Shown here one piece after another: positions 30,254 to 40,975 of a stretch of DNA of 64,000 bases. The position numbers were made by a program, and so were the translations under genes. The DNA is from Thainema sp. GTDB taxonomy: Bacteria > Cyanobacteriota > Cyanobacteriia > Phormidesmidales > Phormidesmidaceae. Every line of letters begins with the position of its first letter. Position 1 is the first letter of the stretch. The notes under the pieces were generated by a model. It ran no database searches and was not told the DNA's origin. It was given only the letters and a program-made list of their open reading frames with translations. The stretch covers positions 32,001 to 96,000 of the forward strand of contig JBQLZK010000014.1 in assembly GCA_052168235.1 (NCBI GenBank), given 5' to 3'.

Positions 30254-30820
30254 GCGTCGAATCATGATTTGGCTGTCGTAATAGTTCGCAGCAACGCCGT
30301 TGCCAGTGGATACAGCCGCTGGATTGGCAGCTGAGCGCACAACATAGCTCAGGGGTTGGGGGGCGGAGTGGGCAGATTGAGCCAATAGTTTTTCAGCTTC
30401 ATTTAGCTTTTGGTTGAGTTCTCGCACGCGGCGCGACAGCATGGCAATGACGTTGACGGCGATCCCTGGCGTTTCGTCAATGGCTTCATAGAGCTGTTGC
30501 TGCGTGAGTACCAGACAGTTGCAGGGATCGATTGTGGTCACAGAAGCGGATCGAGGTTCAGCATCAAAAAGCGCCATTTCTCCAAAGCAGGCACCTGCAT
30601 CGAGCTGAGCCAGCTCATTGTCGCCGATGTGAACTCGAACTCGCCCCGAAATCACGATATACAGCGATCGGCCTTCTTCTCCCTGTGTAAAAATCGTGTG
30701 ATTCGCTGGAAACGATAGCTCATCCATAATGGATGCCAAGCGAATCAAAAAGTCGTCCCGCAACTCTTGGAAGATGGGGACACCGCGAACGAACAATAAT
30801 CGTTTGACGCTGCTTAACAT
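30239..30820 (-). CDS. Cyclic-nucleotide-binding domain protein
   Basis: IFTQGEEGRSLYIVISGRV, FGEMALFDAEPRSASV. Confidence 0.93.
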   Translation of the reverse strand: MLSSVKRLLFVRGVPIFQELRDDFLIRLASIMDELSFPANHTIFTQGEEGRSLYIVISGRVRVHIGDNELAQLDAGACFGEMALFDAEPRSASVTTIDPCNCLVLTQQQLYEAIDETPGIAVNVIAMLSRRVRELNQKLNEAEKLLAQSAHSAPQPLSYVVRSAANPAAVSTGNGVAANYYDSQIMIRRSSSS

Positions 30821-31030
30821 ATCAACCGTCTGGAACAGTAAACAGGGAAGTGCGATCGCATCTCGGTATCTTCAATCATCGGTATCTTCAATCATTAGCG
30901 TACCCATCTGACTGAACAAAACACGGCATCGCATCCTGGCCAACACGCCCTCAGAATACCTCTATATCGTTGGAATGCCACACTGTGCGCAAGAATTTAA
31001 CGGTTTGGGCAGGAGAGTGACAGGGTGGCC

Positions 31031-34000
31031 TCACCCTTGTGACCCCTGCTGTAACTCCTGCCGCAATTTCTGTACCTGATCGACGACCAAGGGATTGGGA
31101 TCATTTTGCATGAGTGGCAGCAGTTCCTTGAGCGATCGCGGTGAGGCCATCTTGAGGTAGTCCAAAACGGCTTCCCGAACAAAGCCTGTGGCGTGCTGTA
31201 GGCAAATTAAAATTTGTTCTGCGGAAATGCTCCAGTGCTGCTGACGCGCCAGGTAGAAACAGCAGGCCACCACCCAATCCGATAAAAAATGCCGCAGATC
31301 GAGTAAGAATCGTAAGCGATCGCTGGGCAGGAGGGGATAGTACATAATTAAGTCAGACAGGCTCAGGAGCTTATTTTCGAGGGACGTTTGATCGAGCACG
31401 GTTAATAGTGCCCGCTTACTGGGAATATCCAGCGTATTGTCTAAGATCTCCAGTCCGCGCGCCATGCTGTTGAACGAGCCGGAGCGCAGAATGCTAAATT
31501 CAGCGGCCTGCATCGCGTTAGCGTCGTATAAAAAGCGCATCAGCAAGAAAATTCGCTCAGTTCCATCCAGTTGCAGATCTTGCAGTCCCCGGCGCAGTAG
31601 CTCAGCCTCTTCCGTGGCGACCATTTCTACTCTGAGATCCTGGAGCGCAGCAATAATTTGGCCGACGAACATCAGCTCTTGATCGAGCATGAGTTCAACC
31701 CCGCTGCGGCCAATTCGCTCCAGCACGGCCTCCACGCCCTTGTCCTGCGGCATGCGCAGCAGGGCGCGCAGTAGCGTCCGCCGTCGGTTCCCCCAGATCG
31801 TACGCAGGGGGAGCACCATCGCGTCTAAAGCGGGTTCCGTGTTGATGTTGCCAATGGCGCTCCAGGCGTGAAAACAGACCATTTCTGGCTTGGTGGGATC
31901 TTCGGCCAGCCGCACCAGCATGGGAATCGCTTCGTTGCCCAGGCGGCTGAGCGCCCGTTCGGCGGCTTCACGGGTGGACTTGTAGTGCAAACCGCGCAGG
32001 AGCGACGGATAGTATTCGTGCAAGCGCATGGCTGCGATCGCATCTAGAGCTTCTTGACGCACGAGTAAGGATTCATCTTGTAGCAGTCCTCGAATATAAA
32101 TACTAAATTCGGACTCGTAGAAGCTTCGGTTGGCGGCGCTGGGTACAAAGTCTAGATCGGCTGGGGCATTGAAGCGCTGGATACCCGTGCGGGGAGTTTC
32201 TGAACGCTGGGTACTGAGCTGTTGCGTATCCATTGCGCCCGCATCGCCCATTGCCTGACAGCCCATGATCCGCTCTCGTTCTCGTGGATCAATCAGCATT
32301 TGCTGAATTGTCGTCAGGGCAACCTCTTGTTCGCTAATAGAACCGTTGCGCAAAATCAGCGCCGCTGCTGTGCCTCGCACCACCGGATCGACACTGGGCT
32401 GGAGATAGGCCATCAAAGTATGAGTGTCGGACGCCTGCTTGCTGTTGGATTCGGTGATCCACACGTAGCGCAGCGCCAGTGCCAGTACTTCTGGTGTTTG
32501 ATGCGCGGGAATGAGCGATCGCACCGTACTGAGATGGTCTGGATTGGGATGTTCCAGCATGATGGTCAAGCTTTTGCACTGAAGCGCGGGGGGCAGGGTC
32601 GGTAACAGCGGAGCCAGCGCTTCGGCCACACCATCAGGATCTAGGCTGGCCAGTAAGTCAATATAGCTGGCTCGATCGGTTTCACTACCGGGACGACCAA
32701 TGGCGTCAATCATGGCCTGCCGCATAGATCGCAGGTTGCCATCGGCTGTACTTAACTCTCCTCGATCGACGCTGACAACCAGCAGATTGAGATAGCGCGA
32801 TCGCAATAGGTAAGCCACACCCAGCCAGATTAGTGCCACCAGCACAATGCTGGCCACAAATACCTCGCTTTGCAGCGTCTCGCTGTTGACCGTTGCCGAT
32901 ACAAACCGCTGTAGTCCGGCAATCACCAGCAAAATGCCCACTCCGGTAATCACCATCGACAGGGGTTCGGCTAGACCCCTTACCAGTGACTGAATGCGAG
33001 ACTGAACTCGGTTAGGAACGGGCTGAAACAAAATTGGAGTTGTGCTGGCTTGCAGCGTATAGCGCAACAGCTCATCGACAAACTTCAGCACCACCAGACC
33101 AATGAGCAAATTGACGACACCGAACAAGGGCAACAGAGCCAATAGTCCCGCCATAATTGGCAGCAGCGACGCAATGAAGAAAATGCCCATGCGCTCAATC
33201 ACTCGACTGGAGACAAACCACTGGGTGAATAGCTCGACCAGGCCGAGAATGCCGCTAAACAGACCCAGGAAACCTGCGATCGCATTTAAGTCCAAATTCA
33301 GCTCTAGCTGGCTGAGATACTGAAAATCAATCAGTAAATACATCACCTGCGCCAGCACAAAAAAGCAAAACAGCAGCACGATGTACTGCAACAGCGAACC
33401 GCGTAACCGCTGGGCGGCTGAATCAGTCCTCTCCGAGTGCCGGATTGGCTCTTTATGCTCTCGCTGACGGACAAAATCGGGAAACGCCTGCTGGTAAGTG
33501 CGGCTGAGATAGAACAGCATGCCTGAACCCAGCAGCATGACCAGGCAAGCTAGCACCAAAATATTTTCGATTCCCAACAGCGCCAGCATCAGCGGCAGCG
33601 AAAAACCACTAATGACATCAGAAACCAGGTTGCCACTGCTAATAAGCGGGTAAGTTCGCTTAATTTCGCGAATATTGAAGATTTGATTCGCTGTGACCGA
33701 GGTGTTAACCTCGTTGAGGGCAAAAATGGCCTCATTCCACAGCCGCATGATGAAAACCGTAATCGTATAAAGCGTCGGAATGGCTAACCCAACCCGAAAA
33801 AACAGCAGCGGCACAGCCATCAGTACCGCAATCAGCACAATCACATGGCGCAGTGGCAGCAACCGCTGAAGGACGGAATAAATTGAATTTAATCCTAAGC
33901 CAATTGCCGCACTGGCAATGTAAATCCAGGGCAGAAACTCAGCGCCGTAGCTGGTTAGAAACAGCGCAGCCGAACTCATTTCCAGCCAGAGGATGCCAAT

Positions 34001-34111
34001 TGATGTAGCTGTGTAGGCCACAAACATTAAGAATGTTCGCTCGCTTTCTTCTGGTCGTAAGTTGACTAACCTGAGGATTCGCTGTCCAACGGTTATGGTA
34101 GTGCCCTGCAT
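31031..34111 (-). CDS. NTT/MFS-like membrane transporter fused to HEAT repeats
   Basis: About 12 TM helices with QIFNIREIKRTYPLISSG, followed by HEAT repeats; cNMP gene downstream. Confidence 0.82.
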   Translation of the reverse strand: MQGTTITVGQRILRLVNLRPEESERTFLMFVAYTATSIGILWLEMSSAALFLTSYGAEFLPWIYIASAAIGLGLNSIYSVLQRLLPLRHVIVLIAVLMAVPLLFFRVGLAIPTLYTITVFIMRLWNEAIFALNEVNTSVTANQIFNIREIKRTYPLISSGNLVSDVISGFSLPLMLALLGIENILVLACLVMLLGSGMLFYLSRTYQQAFPDFVRQREHKEPIRHSERTDSAAQRLRGSLLQYIVLLFCFFVLAQVMYLLIDFQYLSQLELNLDLNAIAGFLGLFSGILGLVELFTQWFVSSRVIERMGIFFIASLLPIMAGLLALLPLFGVVNLLIGLVVLKFVDELLRYTLQASTTPILFQPVPNRVQSRIQSLVRGLAEPLSMVITGVGILLVIAGLQRFVSATVNSETLQSEVFVASIVLVALIWLGVAYLLRSRYLNLLVVSVDRGELSTADGNLRSMRQAMIDAIGRPGSETDRASYIDLLASLDPDGVAEALAPLLPTLPPALQCKSLTIMLEHPNPDHLSTVRSLIPAHQTPEVLALALRYVWITESNSKQASDTHTLMAYLQPSVDPVVRGTAAALILRNGSISEQEVALTTIQQMLIDPRERERIMGCQAMGDAGAMDTQQLSTQRSETPRTGIQRFNAPADLDFVPSAANRSFYESEFSIYIRGLLQDESLLVRQEALDAIAAMRLHEYYPSLLRGLHYKSTREAAERALSRLGNEAIPMLVRLAEDPTKPEMVCFHAWSAIGNINTEPALDAMVLPLRTIWGNRRRTLLRALLRMPQDKGVEAVLERIGRSGVELMLDQELMFVGQIIAALQDLRVEMVATEEAELLRRGLQDLQLDGTERIFLLMRFLYDANAMQAAEFSILRSGSFNSMARGLEILDNTLDIPSKRALLTVLDQTSLENKLLSLSDLIMYYPLLPSDRLRFLLDLRHFLSDWVVACCFYLARQQHWSISAEQILICLQHATGFVREAVLDYLKMASPRSLKELLPLMQNDPNPLVVDQVQKLRQELQQGSQG

Positions 34112-34391
34112 TCCCTGAATCCTACAAAAACAAACTTGACGCTGTACTAGAATGCCCCATCCACGGCTGTTGTCATTGCAAATACCACAAGATTCTTACA
34201 GTTCTCACTGAGCGGTACTCACCAATAGGAATTCGATAGTCCAGAATGCCGTGCAGTATAGCAAGCCTGAGCCCAATACAACATGGCTGATCCGAACCCC
34301 ATTTAGACTTCTTTACGGAAGCGGGCCGCACACGCCGATGCTCCATGTCGGATCGGCCAGGTTTTCACTCAGTCCAGTCAGCCCATGTGGA

Positions 34392-34472
34392 GGGATTGCT
34401 GATTTTAAGGATGAATTGTGATGTGGGGATACCGCCCCCACATCACAATTCATACCCAGATTAAGCAACGCC
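34392..34472 (+). mobile_element. MITE family B, full length, with 8-bp TSD CATGTGGA
   Basis: TSD at 34384-34391 and 34473-34480; central ATGAATTGTGATGTGGGG...CCCCACATCACAATTCAT hairpin. Confidence 0.9.
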
Positions 34473-34575
34473 CATGTGGATGAATGGCTGTGGATGATTG
34501 TTGGTTGATGATGGTGATTGTTAATTGTTGACGTCTGTTGTGACGGTCACTAGCAGCTTTTTGGATCGACCTTAG

Positions 34576-34668
34576 TACTGTGTCAAATCAGGTTTGATGG
34601 TTGATATGTCGCACTTTGCGCGATATATCAACCATCAAACCCCACCAAAACAACGTTGATAAACCACT
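34576..34668. repeat. Small inverted-repeat element with an internal hairpin
   Basis: GGTTTGATGGTTGATAT...ATATCAACCATCAAACC palindrome. Confidence 0.55.
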
Positions 34669-34973
34669 GTCAACCCTTGTCAATATGCGGAATTGGCTTT
34701 CTGCATAACTTGAGGCTGTTCAGCGATATGAACTAACGCGTCTATGTCGGCCCTGTTTAATGTGCCCTGCTTCAATCGTCTGGCTTTATGGAGGCTTCAT
34801 AGAAAGTGCGATCGCATGTATCTCTGATGAAATCTGCTCTATTGAGATTGACAAATTCACCAAAACTATCCTGAAGCCAAACGTATCAGCTTGTATTTCA
34901 AAGAGTCATTCTGAAATTGCCCCAAAAGAGCCATCGGTGCTCTTTTCTTGCTCTTTTGCAAACAGGATTAGAT

Positions 34974-36944
34974 ATGCATCATCCCATCGCATCCCAACAG
35001 ACAGAATCAGGATTTCACATTGAACCCAACCCCTATGGTTTCAATCCAGAGCATACTCCGCTACTTGGCCATGCTTCGTTCAACATTGGCACAGCGTCTA
35101 GCGACCTCAGCACAGAGCGTTTCGATCTTCAATCAGCCCAAGCGGGGTTGAGCCGCAGTGCAGCGCTGTCAACCCCGCTGATCACCTTTTTGAGTGAAGA
35201 GTTAGCCCTAGCGGCAGCTCCATCAGATCTAAAACAAACTGGCGCAGGTGATGTCCTGACTGGGCTATCGGCTGCAACAGCACTAGTCCGGCCAACCGAT
35301 GCCAGTCTACAGTCCCGTTTATTCGGGACTCTAGACAGCACAGATCTGAATAATCCCCTGCGCAGTGGCAGCTTCTACGATGGATACTATCTGGCTGGCT
35401 TAGCGGCTGGTGAACAGGTTCAAGTTCGCGTCAACTCTAGCGCTTTTGATACCTACCTCCAAATCATCAATGCCGACACGGGGACGCTGGTTGCATTTGA
35501 TGATGATAGTGGCCCTGGCTTAAATTCCCAGCTGACATTTACCGTTCAGGCTGAAACCGATTACATCATTCAAGTCAGCAGTTTTGGTGTAGGTGAAGTC
35601 GGCAACTATCAGCTCAATAGTTCGGCTGGCCAGCTCAATCCAGCCGCTGCTATGCAGCCCAACCAAACTGTACAGGGAGCATTAGTCAGCAGCGATGCAG
35701 AAGATAAACAGTTTGGCGACTACTACTATGACGGCTATTACATATCGAATCTAACGGCTGGTCAGACGGTTCAAATCAATCTCAGTTCCAGCCAATTCGA
35801 TACTTATCTACAGTTGGTCGATGCCGATACTGGCGACATTATTGCGATGGATGATGACGGCGGCCCTGGCCTCAATTCTCAACTGACATTTGTGGCCCAG
35901 GCAGATACCAACTACATTGTCCAGGCGACTTCTTATGCCTCTAATACAACTGGTAGCTATACACTAACCACATCGGTGAATGGCGGCAGTCCGACTCCTG
36001 GGTTTAGCAGCTTTTACGGGTATGGGCACGTTGATGCCGCTGCGCTGGTGGCAACTGCTCTTGGCCAGTCCGCTTTTGCCAATGTTCCCGACCTCGGTGG
36101 TGATCAGTGGAATCTTGACCAGGTAGGAGCACCAGAAGTCTGGGCCCAAGGATATACAGGGCAAGGCGTCGTGGTCGCCGTGATTGATACGGGAGTGGAC
36201 TACAACCACGTTGCTTTAGCCGATAACATCTGGGCCAATGCGGGCGAAGTCGCCAACAATGGCATTGATGATGATGGCAATGGCTATATTGACGATGTTC
36301 AAGGTTGGGATTTTGCCTACGACGATAATGATCCGATGGACAACAATGGCCACGGTACCCATGTCGCTGGAACAGTGGCAGCAACAGGAGCAAACCAGGT
36401 AACTGGGGTTGCGCCGGATGCTGCAATTATGCCGATTCAAGTCTTGATGGATAACGGTTTTGGTACCAATGCTGATATCTCTGAGGGCATTGTCTATGCC
36501 GTTGACAATGGAGCCGATGTCATCAATCTGAGCTTGGGCGGTACGTTTTCGGCTGATATTCGCGATGCCGTTGAGTATGCCTGGAATCAAGGAGTTGCCG
36601 TGATTATGGCTGCTGGTAACGAATATGATTTTCAACCGGGTTTCCCTGCCAAACATGCGACAGATTGGGGCATCGCCGTTGGCGCAGTTGACATTAACCG
36701 ACAGATCCCTGCGTTTGCGAATTATGCTGGTTCGGTTGTTTTAGATTACGTTGTTGCACCGGGAGTTGATATTGTGTCTACTACTCCGGGTAATAATTAC
36801 GATGCCTATAGCGGCACCTCAATGGCTGCTCCGCACGTTGCAGGTGTGGCGGCGCTCTTGTTGAGCGCAGTTCCTACCTTGACGGTTGATCAGCTAGAAA
36901 ACCTGATCATCGGCACTGCTAATCCTACAGGTATCACAGCCTAG
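34974..36944 (+). CDS. S8 subtilisin-like serine peptidase with two PPC domains (ATG 34974; ORF open from 34917)
   Basis: VIDTG, HGTHVAG, GTSMAAPHVAG triad; two FDTYLQ..DDDxGPGLNSQL PPC repeats. Confidence 0.93.
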   Translation: MHHPIASQQTESGFHIEPNPYGFNPEHTPLLGHASFNIGTASSDLSTERFDLQSAQAGLSRSAALSTPLITFLSEELALAAAPSDLKQTGAGDVLTGLSAATALVRPTDASLQSRLFGTLDSTDLNNPLRSGSFYDGYYLAGLAAGEQVQVRVNSSAFDTYLQIINADTGTLVAFDDDSGPGLNSQLTFTVQAETDYIIQVSSFGVGEVGNYQLNSSAGQLNPAAAMQPNQTVQGALVSSDAEDKQFGDYYYDGYYISNLTAGQTVQINLSSSQFDTYLQLVDADTGDIIAMDDDGGPGLNSQLTFVAQADTNYIVQATSYASNTTGSYTLTTSVNGGSPTPGFSSFYGYGHVDAAALVATALGQSAFANVPDLGGDQWNLDQVGAPEVWAQGYTGQGVVVAVIDTGVDYNHVALADNIWANAGEVANNGIDDDGNGYIDDVQGWDFAYDDNDPMDNNGHGTHVAGTVAATGANQVTGVAPDAAIMPIQVLMDNGFGTNADISEGIVYAVDNGADVINLSLGGTFSADIRDAVEYAWNQGVAVIMAAGNEYDFQPGFPAKHATDWGIAVGAVDINRQIPAFANYAGSVVLDYVVAPGVDIVSTTPGNNYDAYSGTSMAAPHVAGVAALLLSAVPTLTVDQLENLIIGTANPTGITA

Positions 36945-36958
36945 CGATTTTATAAATG

Positions 36959-37051
36959 TACAGCTCTATTAAATAGCTGTTGAATTAAATTGATTATGAA
37001 CAGGCCACCCCGCCGGAGCAGCCTGTTCATAATCAATTTAAGATTGCTGTA
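36959..37051 (+). mobile_element. MITE family C copy
   Basis: TACAGC...GATTGCTGTA ends; hairpin TTGATTATGAACAGGC/GCCTGTTCATAATCAA; homolog at 28213-28301. Confidence 0.7.
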
Positions 37052-37059
37052 GAAGAACA

Positions 37060-37106
37060 AGAAGAAGGCTTAAGTTGCCTGGTCACGGTGGCTTAAGCCT
37101 TCTTCT
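37060..37106 (+). terminator. Hairpin terminator downstream of the S8 peptidase
   Basis: AGAAGAAGGCTTAAG...CTTAAGCCTTCTTCT. Confidence 0.65.
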
Positions 37107-37213
37107 ATGTTTGGTATAAGCAGTAAATTGCAAACTTGGAATTCTGAGGCTGGAGCTTCATCCTAAAATGAATGTAATCATTTAATGTAGTCGTTTACTG
37201 AGGATGTTGGTCA

Positions 37214-37429
37214 ATGCCTGTAGAAGCCGTTGGAAATCCACCCCCCGAAGCCGATCAGTTGCGGACTGAAATTGAAAAGCAACTGCCAGAGATCATCAAT
37301 AGTTTTAGCCAAGTTTTGCAAGAGCAGTTTGGGTTTGAAGGCATTCGCGTTGGTGGATTTACGATTGTTCCGGCAGAAGCTGCCGCGAATAATATTTCCT
37401 GCAATGAAGAAGGTTGTTCAATCGATTAA
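37214..37429 (+). CDS. Small acidic hypothetical protein (71 aa) with a C-terminal CNEEGC motif
   Basis: GAGGA RBS upstream, ordinary composition, downstream hairpin at 37452-37497. Confidence 0.7.
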   Translation: MPVEAVGNPPPEADQLRTEIEKQLPEIINSFSQVLQEQFGFEGIRVGGFTIVPAEAAANNISCNEEGCSID

Positions 37430-37510
37430 GACTCTAATCTTGAGGCTCTAGTGATGTTTATGAACAGCTTGGAGGGTGAGTTGTTCATAAACATCAGTCG
37501 GTTATTACGA

Positions 37511-38107
37511 TTACCAAAAATCGGTGATTTGATAGCCCAACTGCATCATTATTTGGCGGAGTAGCGGTAGGCTGAGGCCAATCACGTTGCTGTGGCAGCC
37601 GTCGATTTTTTCCACAAATGCTCCACCCTTGCCTTCGAGCGCAAAGCAACCGGCACAATTTAACGGTTCGCCCGTCGCCACGTAAGCTTCAATTTCGCGA
37701 TCGCAGATATCGGCAAAATAGACCTGGGTAATGCCCGTCTGCACCACGGTGCGCTGCTGCTGCGTATCAATCAGCGCATGCCCTGTATACAGCTGGCCCA
37801 CCTGACCGCGCATGGTTTGCCAACGTGCGATCGCAACTTCAGGTGTCTCTGGCTTACCGTAAATTTCACCCTGAATGGCCAGTACCGAATCGCATCCCAT
37901 CACCAGCGCATGAGTATCGGCAAACTGGGGCACAATCACATTGGCTTTGCCGAGAGCTAACTCTTCAACCAATGCCAACGGATCACGGAGCTGAATTCGT
38001 GACTCATCAAAATCGCTGGGCCGCACGATTGGCTCAATGCCAACGGACTGGAGGAGCCGCTTGCGGGCAGAAGAAGCTGAGGCTAGAACGAAGCGGGGCT
38101 GTCTCAT
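37511..38107 (-). CDS. maf: Maf nucleoside-triphosphate pyrophosphatase
   Basis: [31 protein letters not shown]. Confidence 0.95.
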   Translation of the reverse strand: MRQPRFVLASASSARKRLLQSVGIEPIVRPSDFDESRIQLRDPLALVEELALGKANVIVPQFADTHALVMGCDSVLAIQGEIYGKPETPEVAIARWQTMRGQVGQLYTGHALIDTQQQRTVVQTGITQVYFADICDREIEAYVATGEPLNCAGCFALEGKGGAFVEKIDGCHSNVIGLSLPLLRQIMMQLGYQITDFW

Positions 38108-38209
38108 AGTGCTAAATGCAATTAGACTAAAACCCCAAAACTGAAGGAGCGCCTCTTGAGGCTGCCCCTAGTTTTGGGGTTACGTTTATTGATACCAACT
38201 GTCTTAGAT

Positions 38210-38749
38210 TTAGTAAACAGAGAAAGAGTCCACTGACTGACGCAACAGATCGCCAACTTTGCTCCAGCGGTTCTCTAAGGTTGAAGCATTAAACGTAAAG
38301 AGCTGTCCTCGACGGACGACAACACTGGCTAGATTATGCCGTTGCTGATCGGGCAAATCCACTTCATATTCCAGCAGATAGTAGGTTTCTGTCCCCTTTT
38401 GTTGAGCTTCTGCACTAATCAAATCAACTTTACGCTGGTTTTCAGCCAGAGTTGAAATGCTTTTTGCCAGTTTGTAGCCCACTTCAGTCGGCGTGCCCAA
38501 ATCTTCTAAGCTTTCGCCTTCTGGCACGGGACTAATCACCACGCTGACGTTTTCGGTATCGTTGATCAGGTCACGATAGACAACGTCTGGCCCGTTGGAA
38601 ACTTGCACTTTGACCCAGCCGGTTGGGTATAAAAATTCGTAGCCATCGTAGCTATCAGCATAGCTTTGTAGTCCTGCTCCCGCAGAGACGCAGCCTTGTA
38701 AGCCTATTGCTAGGACGATCAGCAACGCGGCAGTAATTCGCTTCAACAT
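38210..38749 (-). CDS. psbP: CyanoP (photosystem II PsbP-like lipoprotein)
   Basis: Lipobox LQGC, DGYEFLYPTGW, ENVSVVIS, LGTPTEVG, SFSVY. Confidence 0.93.
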   Translation of the reverse strand: MLKRITAALLIVLAIGLQGCVSAGAGLQSYADSYDGYEFLYPTGWVKVQVSNGPDVVYRDLINDTENVSVVISPVPEGESLEDLGTPTEVGYKLAKSISTLAENQRKVDLISAEAQQKGTETYYLLEYEVDLPDQQRHNLASVVVRRGQLFTFNASTLENRWSKVGDLLRQSVDSFSVY

Positions 38750-38870
38750 GTTAAACCCGTTCCTCAACAAACCTTTCGCCTATCCGTATCAAACTTTGCA
38801 ATTTTGTTTATTCTCCCACTTTGTCTCTTTCCATGCCAGCTTTGCGATCGCAGATAAACTCTGTACGCCG

Positions 38871-38935
38871 TATCAACCCTAAAAGAGGATTCTGCTGTCG
38901 CATCGCGGCAGCAGAATCCTCTTTTAGGGTTGATA
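38871..38935. repeat. Long near-perfect palindrome (MITE-like hairpin)
   Basis: TATCAACCCTAAAAGAGGATTCTGCTG...CAGCAGAATCCTCTTTTAGGGTTGATA. Confidence 0.8.
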
Positions 38936-39085
38936 TGGTTCTCGCTATAAAAAACATGAAAACAAAAAAACCCATCAACAAACGGTGTCTAGCGATGACA
39001 CCTTATTGATGGGCCTACTAATGTCTAGTCGTTATCGAAACGTGGTGTTGTGATTAGATATCACACGGGTTCTGGCACTACCGCA

Positions 39086-39484
39086 TTAGTTAATGCTGAC
39101 GTATTGACCTTGAACCCATCCCCGAGCGCCGGAGGCAGCAAATTGGACGTAGTACCAACTGCCGTTGCTTACCGTGTCTTGTACGGTAATGTCGTCTCCA
39201 GCAAAGCCGTAGCCGATTGGTTCGGCATCAGCGTCAGGTTGGGGATACACCAGAATTTGCGTTTCTGGACTAGCACCTTTTAATTGCCCTGCTTGGCCAT
39301 CGCTAGTAGGTCGACTGGGTGTACCTGGATGGTAACCACCATCGCCACCTGTATGGGGACGATGGGGATAGTAACCTGGGCGATCTGCCAGAGCGGGTGA
39401 GTCTGTTAGTAGGACTGCGGTTGTCGCAATCCCAAAACTGCTTGCTGCGATCGCAGCAAGCGCAAGCGGTGTGAACTTCATCAT
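39086..39484 (-). CDS. Secreted bacterial SH3-domain protein
   Basis: Signal peptide; GYGFAGDDITV...WYYVQF..SGARGWV. Confidence 0.8.
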   Translation of the reverse strand: MMKFTPLALAAIAASSFGIATTAVLLTDSPALADRPGYYPHRPHTGGDGGYHPGTPSRPTSDGQAGQLKGASPETQILVYPQPDADAEPIGYGFAGDDITVQDTVSNGSWYYVQFAASGARGWVQGQYVSIN

Positions 39485-39666
39485 TCACCTCGAATTAGCT
39501 ATAGAGTAACGATTCCTGGACGATAGCCCCAACGAACCCTTGGAATATCCGCCGAAGCTGACTCCAGAAATCATTGCAAGCTTAGCCCAACTGAGGACAA
39601 ATGGAACGCAGGATTGCGAGAATTTGCAATTTAGATCTTCTATATACTTTCAAGAGGGAAATTTAG

Positions 39667-39810
39667 TGAGGCGAGAGGAGTGAGGGGTAGAGGCTGTGTA
39701 AAGAGAGTAGATGGGTGGATGAGTGCTTGCGTGATGGTCTGACAAAGCCAACCTACTCCGTTACCCCATCTAACCCTATTACCCATCTACCCATCTACTC
39801 ATCCACCCAT
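39667..39810 (-). repeat. Tandem-repeat-flanked dispersed element with a conserved 25-bp core
   Basis: Core 39731-39755 is related to 54599-54623, 9409-9433 and 10146-10170. Confidence 0.7.
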
Positions 39811-39820
39811 CAAACGAATC

Positions 39821-40975
39821 CTAACGCTGAAGCTGGATCTGAAGCGGCTGATCGGCTTGAATCACTAAGCCCTCGCCAGATGCCTCGGTGGTTGAGAGGG
39901 ACTGGTGACTGCTACCTGCGATCGCAGTTGGCCAGAGCAGCCAGCGACTCCCGGCAGGTAACGCGCTGAGCGTTTGTGAGTCAGCCGTTAGCCAGATGAC
40001 TTGGCTCTGCCAGCGCGTATCTGTTGCGAGTGATTCGCCATCGGTCACGCCCGCTAGGGTCATCAATACTGAAAGATCGTTGTGTACCAGGCCAGTGGCT
40101 GCCGTCCAAATGTGGGGCTGGAGTCCCTGTCGCTGGCTATAAAAATAGAGAGAGGCAGCGGCAATCACGGCTTGCTCAAAGGCATCCGACTGCCACTGCG
40201 CCGCACTGTCTAACGCAATCACGATCTCGTTCGATCCAGTCAGCCGCTCTAGTTCTCGCACCCGCAGATCGCCGTAACGAGCGCTGGTGCGCCAGTGAAT
40301 TAAGCGAATCGGGTCGCCCCAGCGGTAGGGGCGCAGGGATTGGGTAATGCCCTCGGTGGCAGATTGCGAACGGTAGCTGCTGCTGACCTGTTCGTGGGGA
40401 TCTTGGCCGATTTGGTCGATCAGCGGACATTGCGCCAGCGGCAACACGGTGGGATACACAATTGCGGTGGCTTTGGCGGTTTGCGATCGCAGACACCAAA
40501 ATAAACCCAACGGCGCAGCAGTGCGGAGTTTCAGCGTTTGCCAGCGATAGATGCCGCGCTTCTCCGCCAGTTGGCTGTACGTCCAGCGATAAGCGCCTTG
40601 GGCCGGAATTTGCTCGATGGATTGGGTAACGGGCTGCCCCAGTCGCGGCGGCAGTTCGTCCTGAATTTGCAGCAGTGATTTAGGCTGCGGAGTGGGGTTT
40701 GAGATTTCTAATTCAACCTGGATTGGGTCGCCTGCGCTGACGGGTGAAATCTGCGATCGCACAATTTTGATGCCCCGCAATGTCCTCGGCGGTAGGATGG
40801 CGGCAATCAGGATCAGTGCCATTGTGATGCCGCTGATCACGTAGAGCCAGCCTGCCATTGTGTTGAGCGCTGCACCCAAGAAGCAGAGGGTTAACCCGAT
40901 CAACAATGCGCCAGCGTAGGCTGGGCTAACCCAGCGGGCTTCGAGCCAATTCAGCCAAGCGTAAATAAATCCCAT
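39821..40975 (-). CDS. DUF58 domain protein
   Basis: LRPYRWGDPIRLIHWRTSAR, LRVRELE, FEQAVIAAASL. Confidence 0.92.
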   Translation of the reverse strand: MGFIYAWLNWLEARWVSPAYAGALLIGLTLCFLGAALNTMAGWLYVISGITMALILIAAILPPRTLRGIKIVRSQISPVSAGDPIQVELEISNPTPQPKSLLQIQDELPPRLGQPVTQSIEQIPAQGAYRWTYSQLAEKRGIYRWQTLKLRTAAPLGLFWCLRSQTAKATAIVYPTVLPLAQCPLIDQIGQDPHEQVSSSYRSQSATEGITQSLRPYRWGDPIRLIHWRTSARYGDLRVRELERLTGSNEIVIALDSAAQWQSDAFEQAVIAAASLYFYSQRQGLQPHIWTAATGLVHNDLSVLMTLAGVTDGESLATDTRWQSQVIWLTADSQTLSALPAGSRWLLWPTAIAGSSHQSLSTTEASGEGLVIQADQPLQIQLQR

